Below are positions 1 to 9,804 of a stretch of DNA of 64,000 bases, piece after piece (within the stretch, counting starts at the first letter, position 1; every line of letters starts with the position of its first letter). The DNA lies in assembly GCA_965221905.1 (NCBI GenBank), contig OZ244922.1:544001-608000 (forward strand), read 5' to 3'. A model generated the notes under the pieces. That model was not told where the DNA came from, searched no databases, and worked only from the letters and a program-made list of their open reading frames with translations. The translations under genes were made by a program, and so were the position numbers. Source of the DNA: Chloroflexota bacterium. Its GTDB lineage: Bacteria > Chloroflexota > UBA11872 > VXOZ01.

Positions 1-200
1 AGAATCTGGGCGTTTTCCGGTAGAAGCCTCAGGAGGGCCAGGGCCAGTGACGACTTTCCGCAACCAGACTCTCCCACTAGTCCCAGTACCTGTCCTCTCT
101 CCACAATGAGAGAAACGCCGTCAACGGCGCGCACGACACCGGCGCGCGTGTTGTAGTGTACGGTTAGGTCTTCGACGGCAAGCAAAGGGGAGCCGTTCAT
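1..200 (-). CDS. Peptide/nickel ABC transporter ATP-binding subunit (OppD/DppD), N-terminal part, runs off window edge
   Basis: Manual translation from ATG at 200: MNGSPLLAVEDLTVHYNTRAGVVRAVDGVSLIVERGQVLGLVGESGCGKSS (Walker A GESGCGKS); ATGA overlap with the permease stop. Confidence 0.92.
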   Translation of the reverse strand, partial: MNGSPLLAVEDLTVHYNTRAGVVRAVDGVSLIVERGQVLGLVGESGCGKSSLALALLRLLPENAQI

Positions 201-1147
201 TGACGCCGCAACCTCGGATTGATAACTTCATCCATTGCTCGCCCTACCAAATAGAACGACGAGCAGAGCAGCGTGATGGAGAGGCTAGCTGGAAATATCA
301 GCCACCAGTACTTGCCGACTTGCAGCAGGTAGCCAGCCGCTTCGGTGGTGTGGATCATGAGGCCCCAACTCATGCGTATGTCCAGCAGCCCCAAGAAACT
401 CAAGACTGCTTCCGCAAAAATGGCGCCGGTTACGGTAAACATCATGTAGAGAAACGAGAGCGGCAGAAGGTTGGGGACAATGTGGATGAAGATAATGTGC
501 GCCGGGCCCCCGCCGGCGGCGCGCGCGGCTTCGATATACGGCTTGACAACCACGGCAAGCGCCTGGGACTTCAAGAGAATGCTGGCGCCGCCAAATCCCG
601 ACAGGATGCCGATGATGAGCGCCAACTCGAAGTGCTCCACCCCGATCAGTGCGCTCAAGACGATGAGGATACTGATTCCCGGCATCATAACCATGAGGTC
701 GGCAAAGCGCATCAGTATGGTATCAACCACGCCGCCATAGTACGCCGCGACTGCGCCGACCGTCGTGCCAATGGTGACGGTGACCACGGCGGCAAGCAGA
801 CCCAGCAAGAACTCGGACCGGGCGCTATGCATAAGCTGACTCAGGACATCCCGCCCTAGGGGATCAGTGCCGAGCAGATGGCTCAGGCTGGGGGGCGCAG
901 GCTGGCGGGTCTCATCAAACGCGTATCCGACAACAGGATCATAGACTCTCTCCTCCCAAACGGTGTTCATAAGAATCGGATGGGCAAGGGCGAGCCCCAG
1001 ATAAAAAACGATGATCACGAGGCCGATTACGCCGATTCGCGTGCCGAGAAAGAGCGACCAGTTCTCGCGCAGGCTTCGCATGGCCAAGGCGAGCCGCACT
1101 CTCCTGAGCGAAGGCGCAGCGCTTTGGGGGGCAACGTCCACAGCCAC
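197..1147 (-). CDS. Peptide ABC transporter permease (OppC/DppC)
   Basis: HLLGTDPLGRDV motif, EAA loop (YIEAARAAG), C-terminal NPRLR. Confidence 0.93.
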   Translation of the reverse strand: MAVDVAPQSAAPSLRRVRLALAMRSLRENWSLFLGTRIGVIGLVIIVFYLGLALAHPILMNTVWEERVYDPVVGYAFDETRQPAPPSLSHLLGTDPLGRDVLSQLMHSARSEFLLGLLAAVVTVTIGTTVGAVAAYYGGVVDTILMRFADLMVMMPGISILIVLSALIGVEHFELALIIGILSGFGGASILLKSQALAVVVKPYIEAARAAGGGPAHIIFIHIVPNLLPLSFLYMMFTVTGAIFAEAVLSFLGLLDIRMSWGLMIHTTEAAGYLLQVGKYWWLIFPASLSITLLCSSFYLVGRAMDEVINPRLRRQ

Positions 1148-2295
1148 TAGTACCTAATCCTTGGGTCCAAAAAGACGTAAATCACGTCCACAGCCAAGTG
1201 GGCGAGCAGTACGAAAATGCCTACGAAGACGAACGCGCCGACCGCCAGGGGCAGGTCTTCCGCTACTGCCGCCGACACCAGCGTCTGCCCCATGCCGGGC
1301 CACGAAAAGACCGACTCGATGATGACGCCGCCATCGACGGCAAACGCCAGGCTGAATACCAGGCTGGTCACCACCGGCAGCAGGGCGTTGCGCGCAACGT
1401 GCTTATCGCGCACTGCCTTTTCCGGTAGACCTTTGGCACGGGCCGCCAGCACGAAGTCCTCGCGCATGGTCTCCAACATGCTGTTGCGCGTGAGCAGCAT
1501 GGTGCCGGCAAAGCTAATCAAAGTCAGTGTAAACACCGGCAGGATCATGTGCTTGATGATGTCCCAGGCCAGCTCACCGAATCCGGTCGCCCGCCAAACG
1601 CCGATCATCACGCCGACGGCTACCACCAAGCTGCCAAGTTGGATGAGCCGCGCTCCCGCCACTCGCAGCCGCGTCGTGACGACGAAGACGGCAAACACGA
1701 TGATGGAAAGCGCCAACGCCGTGAGCATCATGCGACCGAATAGGGTGTTCGCGTCGATAGGGGCCTCCAGCCACAGAATTGGGTCCAGGAACTTGCCGAT
1801 GGGAAACCACCCCGCCTTGAAGGCAAAGAGCCAGATCATCATGAGGGCGAACCAGGGCGTGAAGACCGTGTATAGGGTGACGCCACCGAGGGTGGTTGCG
1901 TATTCGGTCCAGCCGCCGCGCTTCCAGGCTATGATCTTGCCCAGCATGAAACCCAAATAGAAGGAAAACACGGTGGCGGTGAAGAAGAGCGCCACGGTGC
2001 GCGGCAGGCGCTCGGCAATGACGTCGGCCACGCTGCGGGGGTAGTGGCTAAAGGAAACGCCAAAGCTGCCGGTGAAGACATTCTTGACATAGACGAGGAA
2101 CTGCTGCCACAGCGGCTGGTTGAGCCCGAATTGGGCTTGCAGCCGCTCCCGGGCATCCGGCGGCAATTCTGGATTCATCGCATATACGTTGCTAATGTCG
2201 CCCGGCTGGGCGTTTACCAAGAAGAAGACGATGCAGATGAATGCGAACAGAGTCAGCAGTATCTGAATCGTCCTGCTAAGAAGATAGGAAGCCAT
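1147..2295 (-). CDS. Peptide ABC transporter permease (OppB/DppB)
   Basis: QPGD, FGLNQPLWQQF, EDFVLAARAKGL, FSWPGMG, LDPRIRY motifs. Confidence 0.93.
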   Translation of the reverse strand: MASYLLSRTIQILLTLFAFICIVFFLVNAQPGDISNVYAMNPELPPDARERLQAQFGLNQPLWQQFLVYVKNVFTGSFGVSFSHYPRSVADVIAERLPRTVALFFTATVFSFYLGFMLGKIIAWKRGGWTEYATTLGGVTLYTVFTPWFALMMIWLFAFKAGWFPIGKFLDPILWLEAPIDANTLFGRMMLTALALSIIVFAVFVVTTRLRVAGARLIQLGSLVVAVGVMIGVWRATGFGELAWDIIKHMILPVFTLTLISFAGTMLLTRNSMLETMREDFVLAARAKGLPEKAVRDKHVARNALLPVVTSLVFSLAFAVDGGVIIESVFSWPGMGQTLVSAAVAEDLPLAVGAFVFVGIFVLLAHLAVDVIYVFLDPRIRY

Positions 2296-2593
2296 CCCCG
2301 GTCACCACCCATTGCGATTGACTATTGCGCTTCATTATTCACACTCGCGGCTTTGGCGTCAAACTGCTCAGCGGAATAGGGAGAAGAAGGAAACCAAATC
2401 CATCCCTACTACCAATGGGATAGGTAGAGTTCCCGGTGCGGGAAAGTCTATGACTTTTCAGAGGCAGCCAGTTTCGGTTGTAGCTCCAGCAAAGAGAGTG
2501 CTTCTGTCCACGCCGTTTCATGACTTCCATCGATGGAGTGCACGTTGTGACGATACCGGACACTTCCGCCTGCGGCGACGGAATTGCAATAAG

Positions 2594-2628
2594 AGAGGCG
2601 CTGGACGCTATGAACGTCCAGCGCCTCC
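2594..2628 (-). terminator. Hairpin after the substrate-binding gene (terminator or mRNA stabiliser)
   Basis: GAGGCGCTGGACG-N7-CGTCCAGCGCCTC perfect 13-bp stem about 30 nt downstream of the stop. Confidence 0.55.
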
Positions 2629-2656
2629 CAATTAGACGCGGGTTAGCGCCTGTTTC

Positions 2657-4648
2657 TTACTTGATGACTACTGACGTCTGCATGCCGCTCACGCCTTCCA
2701 GTCCGCCGAGAACCTCCGTATACGGAAACTCGACACTGGAGGGCCGATACGAGTCCAGCTTGGGAATGGTGAAGAGCGTCACGTAAGGCAGGTCTTCGGC
2801 AAGGAAATTCTGTAACTGGAAGACCTTATCACGAGCGCCCTCGATGGTCGTCTCGGAGAGCAGACTGAATGAAATTGAGTCGAACTCCGGATTGGCATAG
2901 CCACCCCAGTTGTAGCCGCCGTCATTCTCCGGCGCGTGGCGACCGTTGAAGAAGACCTCCAGGTAGTCTGGGAAGAGGCTCAAGCTCCAGCCCAGGATCC
3001 ACATGTCCAAGTCTTCGCCCACGGTGTCGCTGAACAGCACGCCCACAATGACGTTGAAACCGGTGAGGTTTGCCCGCACCGGGATGCCGACGTCATTCAA
3101 CCAACGCTCGATCCAAATTGCGAACGTAGCGCGCAGCGGATCGTATCCCGCGCTGGGAGCAATGATTGTCAGCGCTGGCACGTCCGAGCCGTCGGGCAGC
3201 TTGAGGCCCTTGCCCGCCTTGGCGACGAAATTGCCGTCTTCGCTGATTTCCGGCTCTTCCTCATAAGTGAAGCCTGCGCTCTTGAGCAGTTCCACGGCCT
3301 TCTGCAGCCTTTCGCCTCTGCTCAGGCCTGCGCCGAGGCTTGGCGTATCGGCGTTGTACCACGCCGCATTGCCGGACGGCACCATAGAATACGCGGGGAT
3401 GGCCGCACCTTGCAGCACGGTCTGAGTGACAAACTCCTTGTCGATCATGATCGCCACCGCTTGCCGGAACTCGCGGATGCTCATGGGCTCCTTGCGCACG
3501 TTAAACCCAAGGTAGAACATGCCGTTATCCAGATTGGTGACGATATTAAGGTCGCCCGCCGCTTGGATGCGCTCGCGGAAACCTTTCTCCAGCCCCAGGG
3601 GGTTGAAGACGTAGTCAATGTCGCCCTTGGTCAGGGCCAGAATGGCGGCATCCTGGTTGCCGTAGATGCTGAACAGGGTGGACTCCACGTGCGGGCCGAC
3701 CGTATACTCCAGCTCTTTGTCACCGCCGGCCTCACCGAAATACGTGGCGGTGTAGCCGAGCCGCTCGTTCGCCTCCACCAAGGTGCCGCTGGCGTACCGC
3801 GTTATAACGGAGCCGGTGGCGTAGTAGTTCTCGGCCCTACGGTTCTCAAAGAACGCGCCCGGTTCCCACTTGCCGAACATAAAGCCGCCCAGCGTGGGAT
3901 CGTTATCAGGCACGTGCGCCATGAGCGCTTCGATCTGAGCCTCAGCTTCGCCGGCCGTCTTGGCTTCGGCGACCACGGGGGCCCAGTAGTGCTCCGGCAG
4001 AATTGGCATGAAGGCCAGCCCAAACTGCCAGACGCTTAGGCCGGGTGTCTGCGGATTGCCTTCTGCGTCTGTAGACTTGAAGAAAATCTTGATCCGATGG
4101 CTGTCAATGGCTTCAATGCGATCGATGAAGGCGGGGTCCACGACTGAGCCAAAGTTGCCGCTAATGCCCATCTCGAGCACAGTGTGCGCCGTAAAGATAA
4201 CGTCGTCCGCCGTCAGTTCCTCGCCGTCACTCCACAGGATGCCCGCTCTAATGGGCACCTCGGTGGTCCAGTATTCCGTGCCGTCGACGGTCTCTTTCGT
4301 CAGATCCGTCGGGAAGTCAGCCGCTAGACTTGGGACCCACTCGAAATTCTGGTCCGAGTAGCCAAAGAGCGCTCCGGTCCATCCGCTCAGGACGTACTGC
4401 GTCCAGACCGAGCCGCCGGGACCGCCGAAATAGTTCCAGAAGTTACGCGTGATCGGCTCCTCGAAGATGCCCATGCTGTAAATCTGCGGGCCGGCTTCTT
4501 CCACAGGCGCTTCAACTGCTTCCTCTACGGTCGCGGCCTCCGGCGCGGCCGACGGCTGCTGCGCGCACGCCGCGAGCGCCACCGCCACAAAGGCGGCGAG
4601 CACAAAAATGGCCGCTCTCATCCAAAGCGATCTAATCATCGGAACCAC
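2657..4648 (-). CDS. Peptide ABC transporter substrate-binding lipoprotein (family 5, OppA/DppA)
   Basis: Lipobox LAAC; WSDGEELTADDVIFT signature; FRQAVAIMID; NWGGYANPEFD. Confidence 0.92.
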   Translation of the reverse strand: MVPMIRSLWMRAAIFVLAAFVAVALAACAQQPSAAPEAATVEEAVEAPVEEAGPQIYSMGIFEEPITRNFWNYFGGPGGSVWTQYVLSGWTGALFGYSDQNFEWVPSLAADFPTDLTKETVDGTEYWTTEVPIRAGILWSDGEELTADDVIFTAHTVLEMGISGNFGSVVDPAFIDRIEAIDSHRIKIFFKSTDAEGNPQTPGLSVWQFGLAFMPILPEHYWAPVVAEAKTAGEAEAQIEALMAHVPDNDPTLGGFMFGKWEPGAFFENRRAENYYATGSVITRYASGTLVEANERLGYTATYFGEAGGDKELEYTVGPHVESTLFSIYGNQDAAILALTKGDIDYVFNPLGLEKGFRERIQAAGDLNIVTNLDNGMFYLGFNVRKEPMSIREFRQAVAIMIDKEFVTQTVLQGAAIPAYSMVPSGNAAWYNADTPSLGAGLSRGERLQKAVELLKSAGFTYEEEPEISEDGNFVAKAGKGLKLPDGSDVPALTIIAPSAGYDPLRATFAIWIERWLNDVGIPVRANLTGFNVIVGVLFSDTVGEDLDMWILGWSLSLFPDYLEVFFNGRHAPENDGGYNWGGYANPEFDSISFSLLSETTIEGARDKVFQLQNFLAEDLPYVTLFTIPKLDSYRPSSVEFPYTEVLGGLEGVSGMQTSVVIK

Positions 4649-4713
4649 TCCTTTGCATTACAATCACGCTAGCAGCACTCCTCGTCACCAAAGCCCGCGC
4701 GGCCTTCTCGATC

Positions 4714-4742
4714 CGTCATTCCCCGCGAAAGCGGGAACCCAT
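4714..4742. repeat. REP-like palindrome, GTCATTCC...GGAATCC family
   Basis: CCGTCATTCCCCGCGAAAGCGGGAACCC; related copies at about 5075, 9037, 9091, 9427, 18403, 18490, 28950, 38128, 39532, 45925, 50284, 51391. Confidence 0.85.
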
Positions 4743-5056
4743 CTCCCCAACTGATCCCCGACAGGGCCGTACCCCTACGAAGAACTGCTGCACCTTTACG
4801 TACTACGCCCTAAGTGTACACGTTGCATCGCGCCCGTCAAGTTTCTGATGGATCAGAACAACAGAGTTGGCCGCATAGATGAAGCGGTCGCCACAATGCC
4901 GCTGACACACGGTTAACCCGAGCAAATGAGGACTCTTTAGTTGCTAAGGCTCGAAGGTCTTGGAACATGAAGTGCGTTAGCAAAAGGAGATCCCTGCAAA
5001 GCCTTTGTCGGTAGCAAGAACCCTCTTACCTCGCGCCTTAGTTTCCTAATCCTGGG

Positions 5057-5200
5057 GAGACCTTTGGATAACGCCGTCATTCCGGCGAAAGCCGGAATCC
5101 AGAGGTGCAAGAGTGTTCGCCGCTACTAGCCCATCAACTCACTTTTCGCCCCCATCCCGGCCTTCCTCCGTCAAAAGGGAAGGGGTTCCACAAAGGTCTG
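5057..5200. mobile_element. About 145-bp MITE-like element with IS5-like terminal inverted repeats, carrying two REP hairpins
   Basis: GAGACCTTTGG...CACAAAGGTCT ends; same architecture as 28932-29077. Confidence 0.65.
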
Positions 5201-5409
5201 CTGGGGAGAGAACCAGGGCCTGTCCGTACTTGAAACGGGGGTGAGGCGAATTCTAGTCAGCTTAGCCCCTAAGCCAAGTAGCTTGAATACTCGAGCGCGT
5301 CGTGTTGCTTGTGCTATAGTTCCCTCTCCTGGGGGCGAGGGCGAGATCCGGTTCCCCGACCGGTCGGCAATCTAACGCCAAAGCGCCAAAATGTGGTGCC
5401 CCTTATTGC

Positions 5410-5440
5410 AAGCATGCTTATAGCATGCTATTGTCATGCT
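5410..5440 (+). promoter_or_regulatory. Tandem palindromic operator for TA autoregulation
   Basis: AAGCATGCTT, ATAGCATGCTAT and TCATGCT directly before the antitoxin ATG at 5441; no SD, so probably leaderless. Confidence 0.6.
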
Positions 5441-5674
5441 ATGGCGAACCTGCAAGTAAAGAACATACCGGACGAACTGCACGAGCGTCTGCGCCGCCAC
5501 GCGCGTGAGCAAAATTGCACCATGAGCGCGGTGGTGCTGATTGCCGTGGAACGTGAGTTGTCCCGCTCGGAGTGGCGCGAGCGCCTGGCCCAACGCCCTC
5601 GGACCGACCTCGGAGTGGCGGCGGCAGACTTGCTGCAGGCAGAGCGCGCGCACCGCGAGCGGGAGATCGAGTGA
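5441..5674 (+). CDS. FitA/VapB-like ribbon-helix-helix antitoxin
   Basis: MANLQVKNIPDELHERLRRHA RHH signature; GTGA overlap with PIN gene; start moved to ATG 5441. Confidence 0.85.
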   Translation: MANLQVKNIPDELHERLRRHAREQNCTMSAVVLIAVERELSRSEWRERLAQRPRTDLGVAAADLLQAERAHREREIE

Positions 5675-6072
5675 CCCGCTACGTTGTCGACGCCTCAGTG
5701 GCGGTGGAGTATCTCCTGCGGACTCCCGTGGGCGAATCGGTGGCGGAATTGCTCGAGAGCGCCGTGTTGCTCGCGCCAGAACTGATGGACGCTGAAGTGC
5801 TGTCGGTCTTACGCCGCGCCGTGCTGCACGGACATCTGGAGGAAACGCGTGCGCAGCAGGCCGTGGACGACTTGGTCCACTGGCCCGTCGAGCGCATCTC
5901 CCACCGCGCCCTCGCCCCCCTCGCCTGGCAGTACCGCCACAATCTCAGTGCCTACGACGCCTTCTACGTCGCCACCGCCCGCGTCCACGACCTCCCCCTC
6001 CTCACCACCGACGCTAGGCTCTCCCGCGCACCCAGCCTGGACATCGCTGTACAATATGTTCGAATGGGTTGA
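5671..6072 (+). CDS. vapC: VapC PIN-domain toxin
   Basis: YVVDASVAVE...APELMDAEV...NLSAYDAFYVATA...LLTTDARL; GTG start at 5671. Confidence 0.92.
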   Translation: MTRYVVDASVAVEYLLRTPVGESVAELLESAVLLAPELMDAEVLSVLRRAVLHGHLEETRAQQAVDDLVHWPVERISHRALAPLAWQYRHNLSAYDAFYVATARVHDLPLLTTDARLSRAPSLDIAVQYVRMG

Positions 6073-6112
6073 CTGCACAGAAAGGCCTTCTTGAGAGGTC
6101 TGATCTACGCCT

Positions 6113-9100
6113 ATGAACTCCAAGAAGCTAGTCGCCGCAGTTGAATCGTACTTTGCTGCTTTGCGAGAGATACGCGCTACCGGCGGGGCGACCGACGAAC
6201 GCTCACTCTATCCGCCGCTGTCTGCGCTACTAAATGCCGTCGGTGACACGCTCAAGCCCAAGGTTCACTGTGTTAGCGACATGGCCGACCAAGGCGCGGG
6301 GCATCCCGATTTCGGCCTCTATGTTAAGCGCAAGTCATCCGGCTCGTCCTCGAAAGCGGGTATGAAACCGAGCGACGGTGACTTGCCGGAGCGCGGCGTT
6401 GTGGAGGTCAAGTCTCTCGGTGACGACGCGTGGGTGACTGCCGAGAGCGCGCAAGTAAGCCGCTATTGGAACCGTTACCGGCTTGTACTGGTGACGAATT
6501 ACCGCGACTTCGTGCTGTTGGGCGAGGATGCGCAGGGTCATCCCGCTCCACTAGAGACCTTCCGGCTGGCGGACAGCGCGGACGATTTCGAGCAGCGGCT
6601 GCAGAAGCCGCGCGCTTTTGCACGCGATGTTGGGCCCGGTTTGCGTGAATACCTCTGCCGGGCGCTCGCACACCGCGCGGTGCTCGCTGAGCCGCGGGAC
6701 TTGGCCTGGCTGCTCGCCTCCTACGCCCGCGACGGTCTGGCCCGCGTGGAGGCGGCGGGCGACTCTCCATCCTTAAACACGTTGCGTACGGCGCTGGAGG
6801 ACTCCCTCGGCGTTCGTTTCGAGGGCGAGCGCGGCGCGGCCTTCTTCCGTTCTACGCTCGTGCAGACGCTCTTCTACGGCGTCTTTTCTGCTTGGGTGTT
6901 GTGGTCGCGTCAGTTGCCGCCGCCGGTGGGCGGCTTCAACTGGCATGAAGCGGTCTGGCACCTGCGCGCGCCGGTGCTGCGGGCGCTCTTTCAGCAGCTC
7001 TCCGACCCAGGCCGCCTGCAGCCGCTGGGATTGGTCGAGGTGCTCGATTGGACCGCCGCAGCGCTGGACCGCGTGGACCGGGAAGCCTTTTTTGCCCGCT
7101 TCAGCGAAGGCGAGGCGGTGCCCTACTTCTACGAGCCGTTCCTGGAAGCCTTCGATCCCGCCCTGCGTAAGCAACTGGGCGTCTGGTACACGCCCACGGA
7201 AGTCGTGCGCTACATGGTGGCGCGGGTAGACAAGGCGCTCAAGGACGATCTCGGGATTGAGGACGGACTGGCGGCAGAGAATGTCTACGTGCTCGATCCC
7301 TGCTGCGGCACCGGCGCGTTCCTGGCGGAGACGCTGCGCCGCATAGCGGAGAATCTACAAAGTCGGGGACTGGGCGCGCTCACCGGCGCACGGGTGAAGC
7401 AGGCCGCCACGTCGCGAGTCTTCGGCTTCGAGATCATGCCCGCGCCATTCGTTGTTGCGCATCTCCAAGTCGGCCTCACCATGCAAGACCTCGACGCGCC
7501 GCTTGCGGATTCAGGGGACGAACGCGCCGGCATCTTTCTCACCAATGCCCTCACCGGCTGGGAGCCAAAGACGCAGAAGCCGCTGCCCTTTCCTGAACTG
7601 GAGCAAGAGCGCGAGCGCGCCGATCGGGTAAAGCAGGATGCGCCTATTCTAGTCGTGCTCGGCAATCCGCCTTACAACGGTTACGCGGGCATGGCGGTGG
7701 ATGAGGAACGGGTGCTTTCGGAGGCCTACCGCACCACCAAGCGGGTGCGCCGACCCGAAGGCCAGGGGCTGAACGATCTCTACGTCCGCTTCTTCCGCAT
7801 GGCCGAACGCCGCATCGCCGAGAAGACCGGCCAAGGCATCGTCTGCTTCATCTCCAACTACTCCTGGCTCGACGGCCTCTCGTTCACCGGCATGCGAGAG
7901 CGCTACTTAGAAGCGTTCGACGCCATCCGCATAGACAATCTACACGGTGACCGTATTATTTCCGAATATGCGCCTGACGGTCGGACAAGTGAAACAGTCT
8001 TTTCGATTCGTGGAAAGTCACCAGGCATCAAGATAGGCACAAGTATCACGATGCTATCAAAGACGTCTGCCAGTTCAACTGAAGGGAAACACGTCCTGTA
8101 CCGCGACTTTCACCAAGCACGGGCGGACGAAAGACGACAAGCGTTGATGGAAAGTCTCAACGCTGCCACAATCGATTCAGGATACGCGAGGACTGACCCC
8201 GACATTCGTCTTGGATTGCCTTTTAAGCCAATCGTAGTCAGCGACGAGTGGTTCGACTGGCCCGCACTGCCATGTCTCTTCCCGGCCCACTTTCCCGGTG
8301 TCACCACTAACCGTGACTCGTTTCTTGTCGATACTGATCTCGATCGGCTCCAGGCGCGGATAGCTGATTACTTCAATGCTGGATTGAGCCATGAGGAAAT
8401 TGCGCGCCGCTATCCAGTGGCAATGAAGGATACAACATCCGTTCACCTTGACGCACGATCGGTGCGCGAAGTCAGAATCAAAAATAGCGGTCTTGACGAC
8501 ACTGGGTTCCTTCGCTACGCTCATCGACCATTTGATAACCGGTGGCTCTACTGGGAATCGGACTCTGGTCTGTTGGCTCGCCCCAGCCCTGAATATAAGC
8601 CGCATGTATTTAAGGGGAACATTTTTATTGAGGCTCGCCAAAGAGAAGCCAGGGAATTTTTCTCGCGGGGAACTCCGGTTCGTCATCTTGCTGGCGATTT
8701 TGGAAACGGGCGGTCACACTATTTCCCTGCCTGGCTTCGCGACACCGGCCTCGGTACTGACGAGACCGATGTGCAGCGCATTCCCAACCTCTCGCCTGCC
8801 GCGCAACGCTACCTCGACCGTCTCGGCATGGGCGTAGAAGACCTTTTCTACCACGTGCTTGCCGTGCTCCACGATCCGGCATACCGTGAGGCCAACGCCG
8901 GTGCCCTGCGCATGGAGTGGCCGCGCATCCCGCTGCCCGGATGGACCGTGTTTTCCGCACCGGCCTTGCGTAGGGGCGGTTCGCGAACCGCCCCTACGGT
9001 CGCAGTAAATGGGAACGCACCCTCTGCAGACCAATCCGTCATTCCGGCGCAAGCCGGAATCCAGTCTCCTACCGAAACAGCAGACTCCTCCGTCATTCCC

Positions 9101-9768
9101 GTGAAATCTCGCCCCGTGCCGGGGCGCGGAATCCATCCGCCTTCCGACACGGCCCAAGCCCTAGCCGCTTCCGCCGCTCGCGGCCGGCAACTAGCCCACC
9201 TGCTCGACTCCGATACCCCGTGCCCGGCGTCACCACCGGCCCGTTGCGGACTGAGATCGCCGCCATCGCCGTCCCCGCCACCAGCGACGACCGCAACATG
9301 AGCGGCAACGACTTTGCCCTCACGGCCGGCTGGGGGCACTTTGGCGCCGGTGAAGCAGTGATGCCCGGCCAGGGAAAGGTGATCGAGCGCGCCTACACCA
9401 CTGCCGAACGCGAAGCCCTCCCTTCCCGTCATTCCGGCGCAAGCCGGAATCCAGAACTCCCCAGCCAGCCCAGACCACTCGGACAGGGAGAGACCGCTAA
9501 CCGCGCCCCGGAATCCATCTCAGCCGCGTCCATCCTCGGCGAAACCACCTTCGACATCTACCTCAACAACCGTGCCTACTGGCGCAACGTCCCCGCCAAC
9601 GTATGGCACTACAAACTCGGCGGCTACCAAGTCCTCAAGAAATGGCTCTCCTACCGCGAACACACCATCCTCAAACGCCCCCTCAAGCCCGAAGAGGTGC
9701 AGCACTTCACCGACACCGCCAGACGCATAGGGGCGATACTGCTGCTGACGACTGAGCCCGATCACTAA
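6113..9768 (+). CDS. Single-chain restriction-modification enzyme (Type IIG / helicase-less Type ISP-like), split by a 1-nt frameshift near 9216-9220
   Basis: Nuclease motif GHPDFG...VEVK; motif I DPCCGTG; motif IV GNPPY; ISP-type C-terminus (WPRIPLP...WHYKLGGYQVLKKWLSYR). ORFs 6113-9301 and 9220-9768 join as ...LLDSDTP/VPGVTTGPLR if one C is added. Confidence 0.85.
8969..8998. repeat. GTAG-type REP palindrome inside the R-M coding sequence
   Basis: CGTAGGGGCGGTTCGCGAACCGCCCCTACG perfect palindrome; sister copy at 63552. Confidence 0.85.
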
Positions 9769-9804
9769 GAGACTGGATCGATTCTGACCCTGAAAGTTCA
9801 GACT

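Noticed and set aside
2936-4039. Long antisense ORFs (also 22675-23658, 34279-35319, 51944-53020)
   Set aside because: Opposite-strand shadows of well-supported genes, expected in GC-rich DNA.
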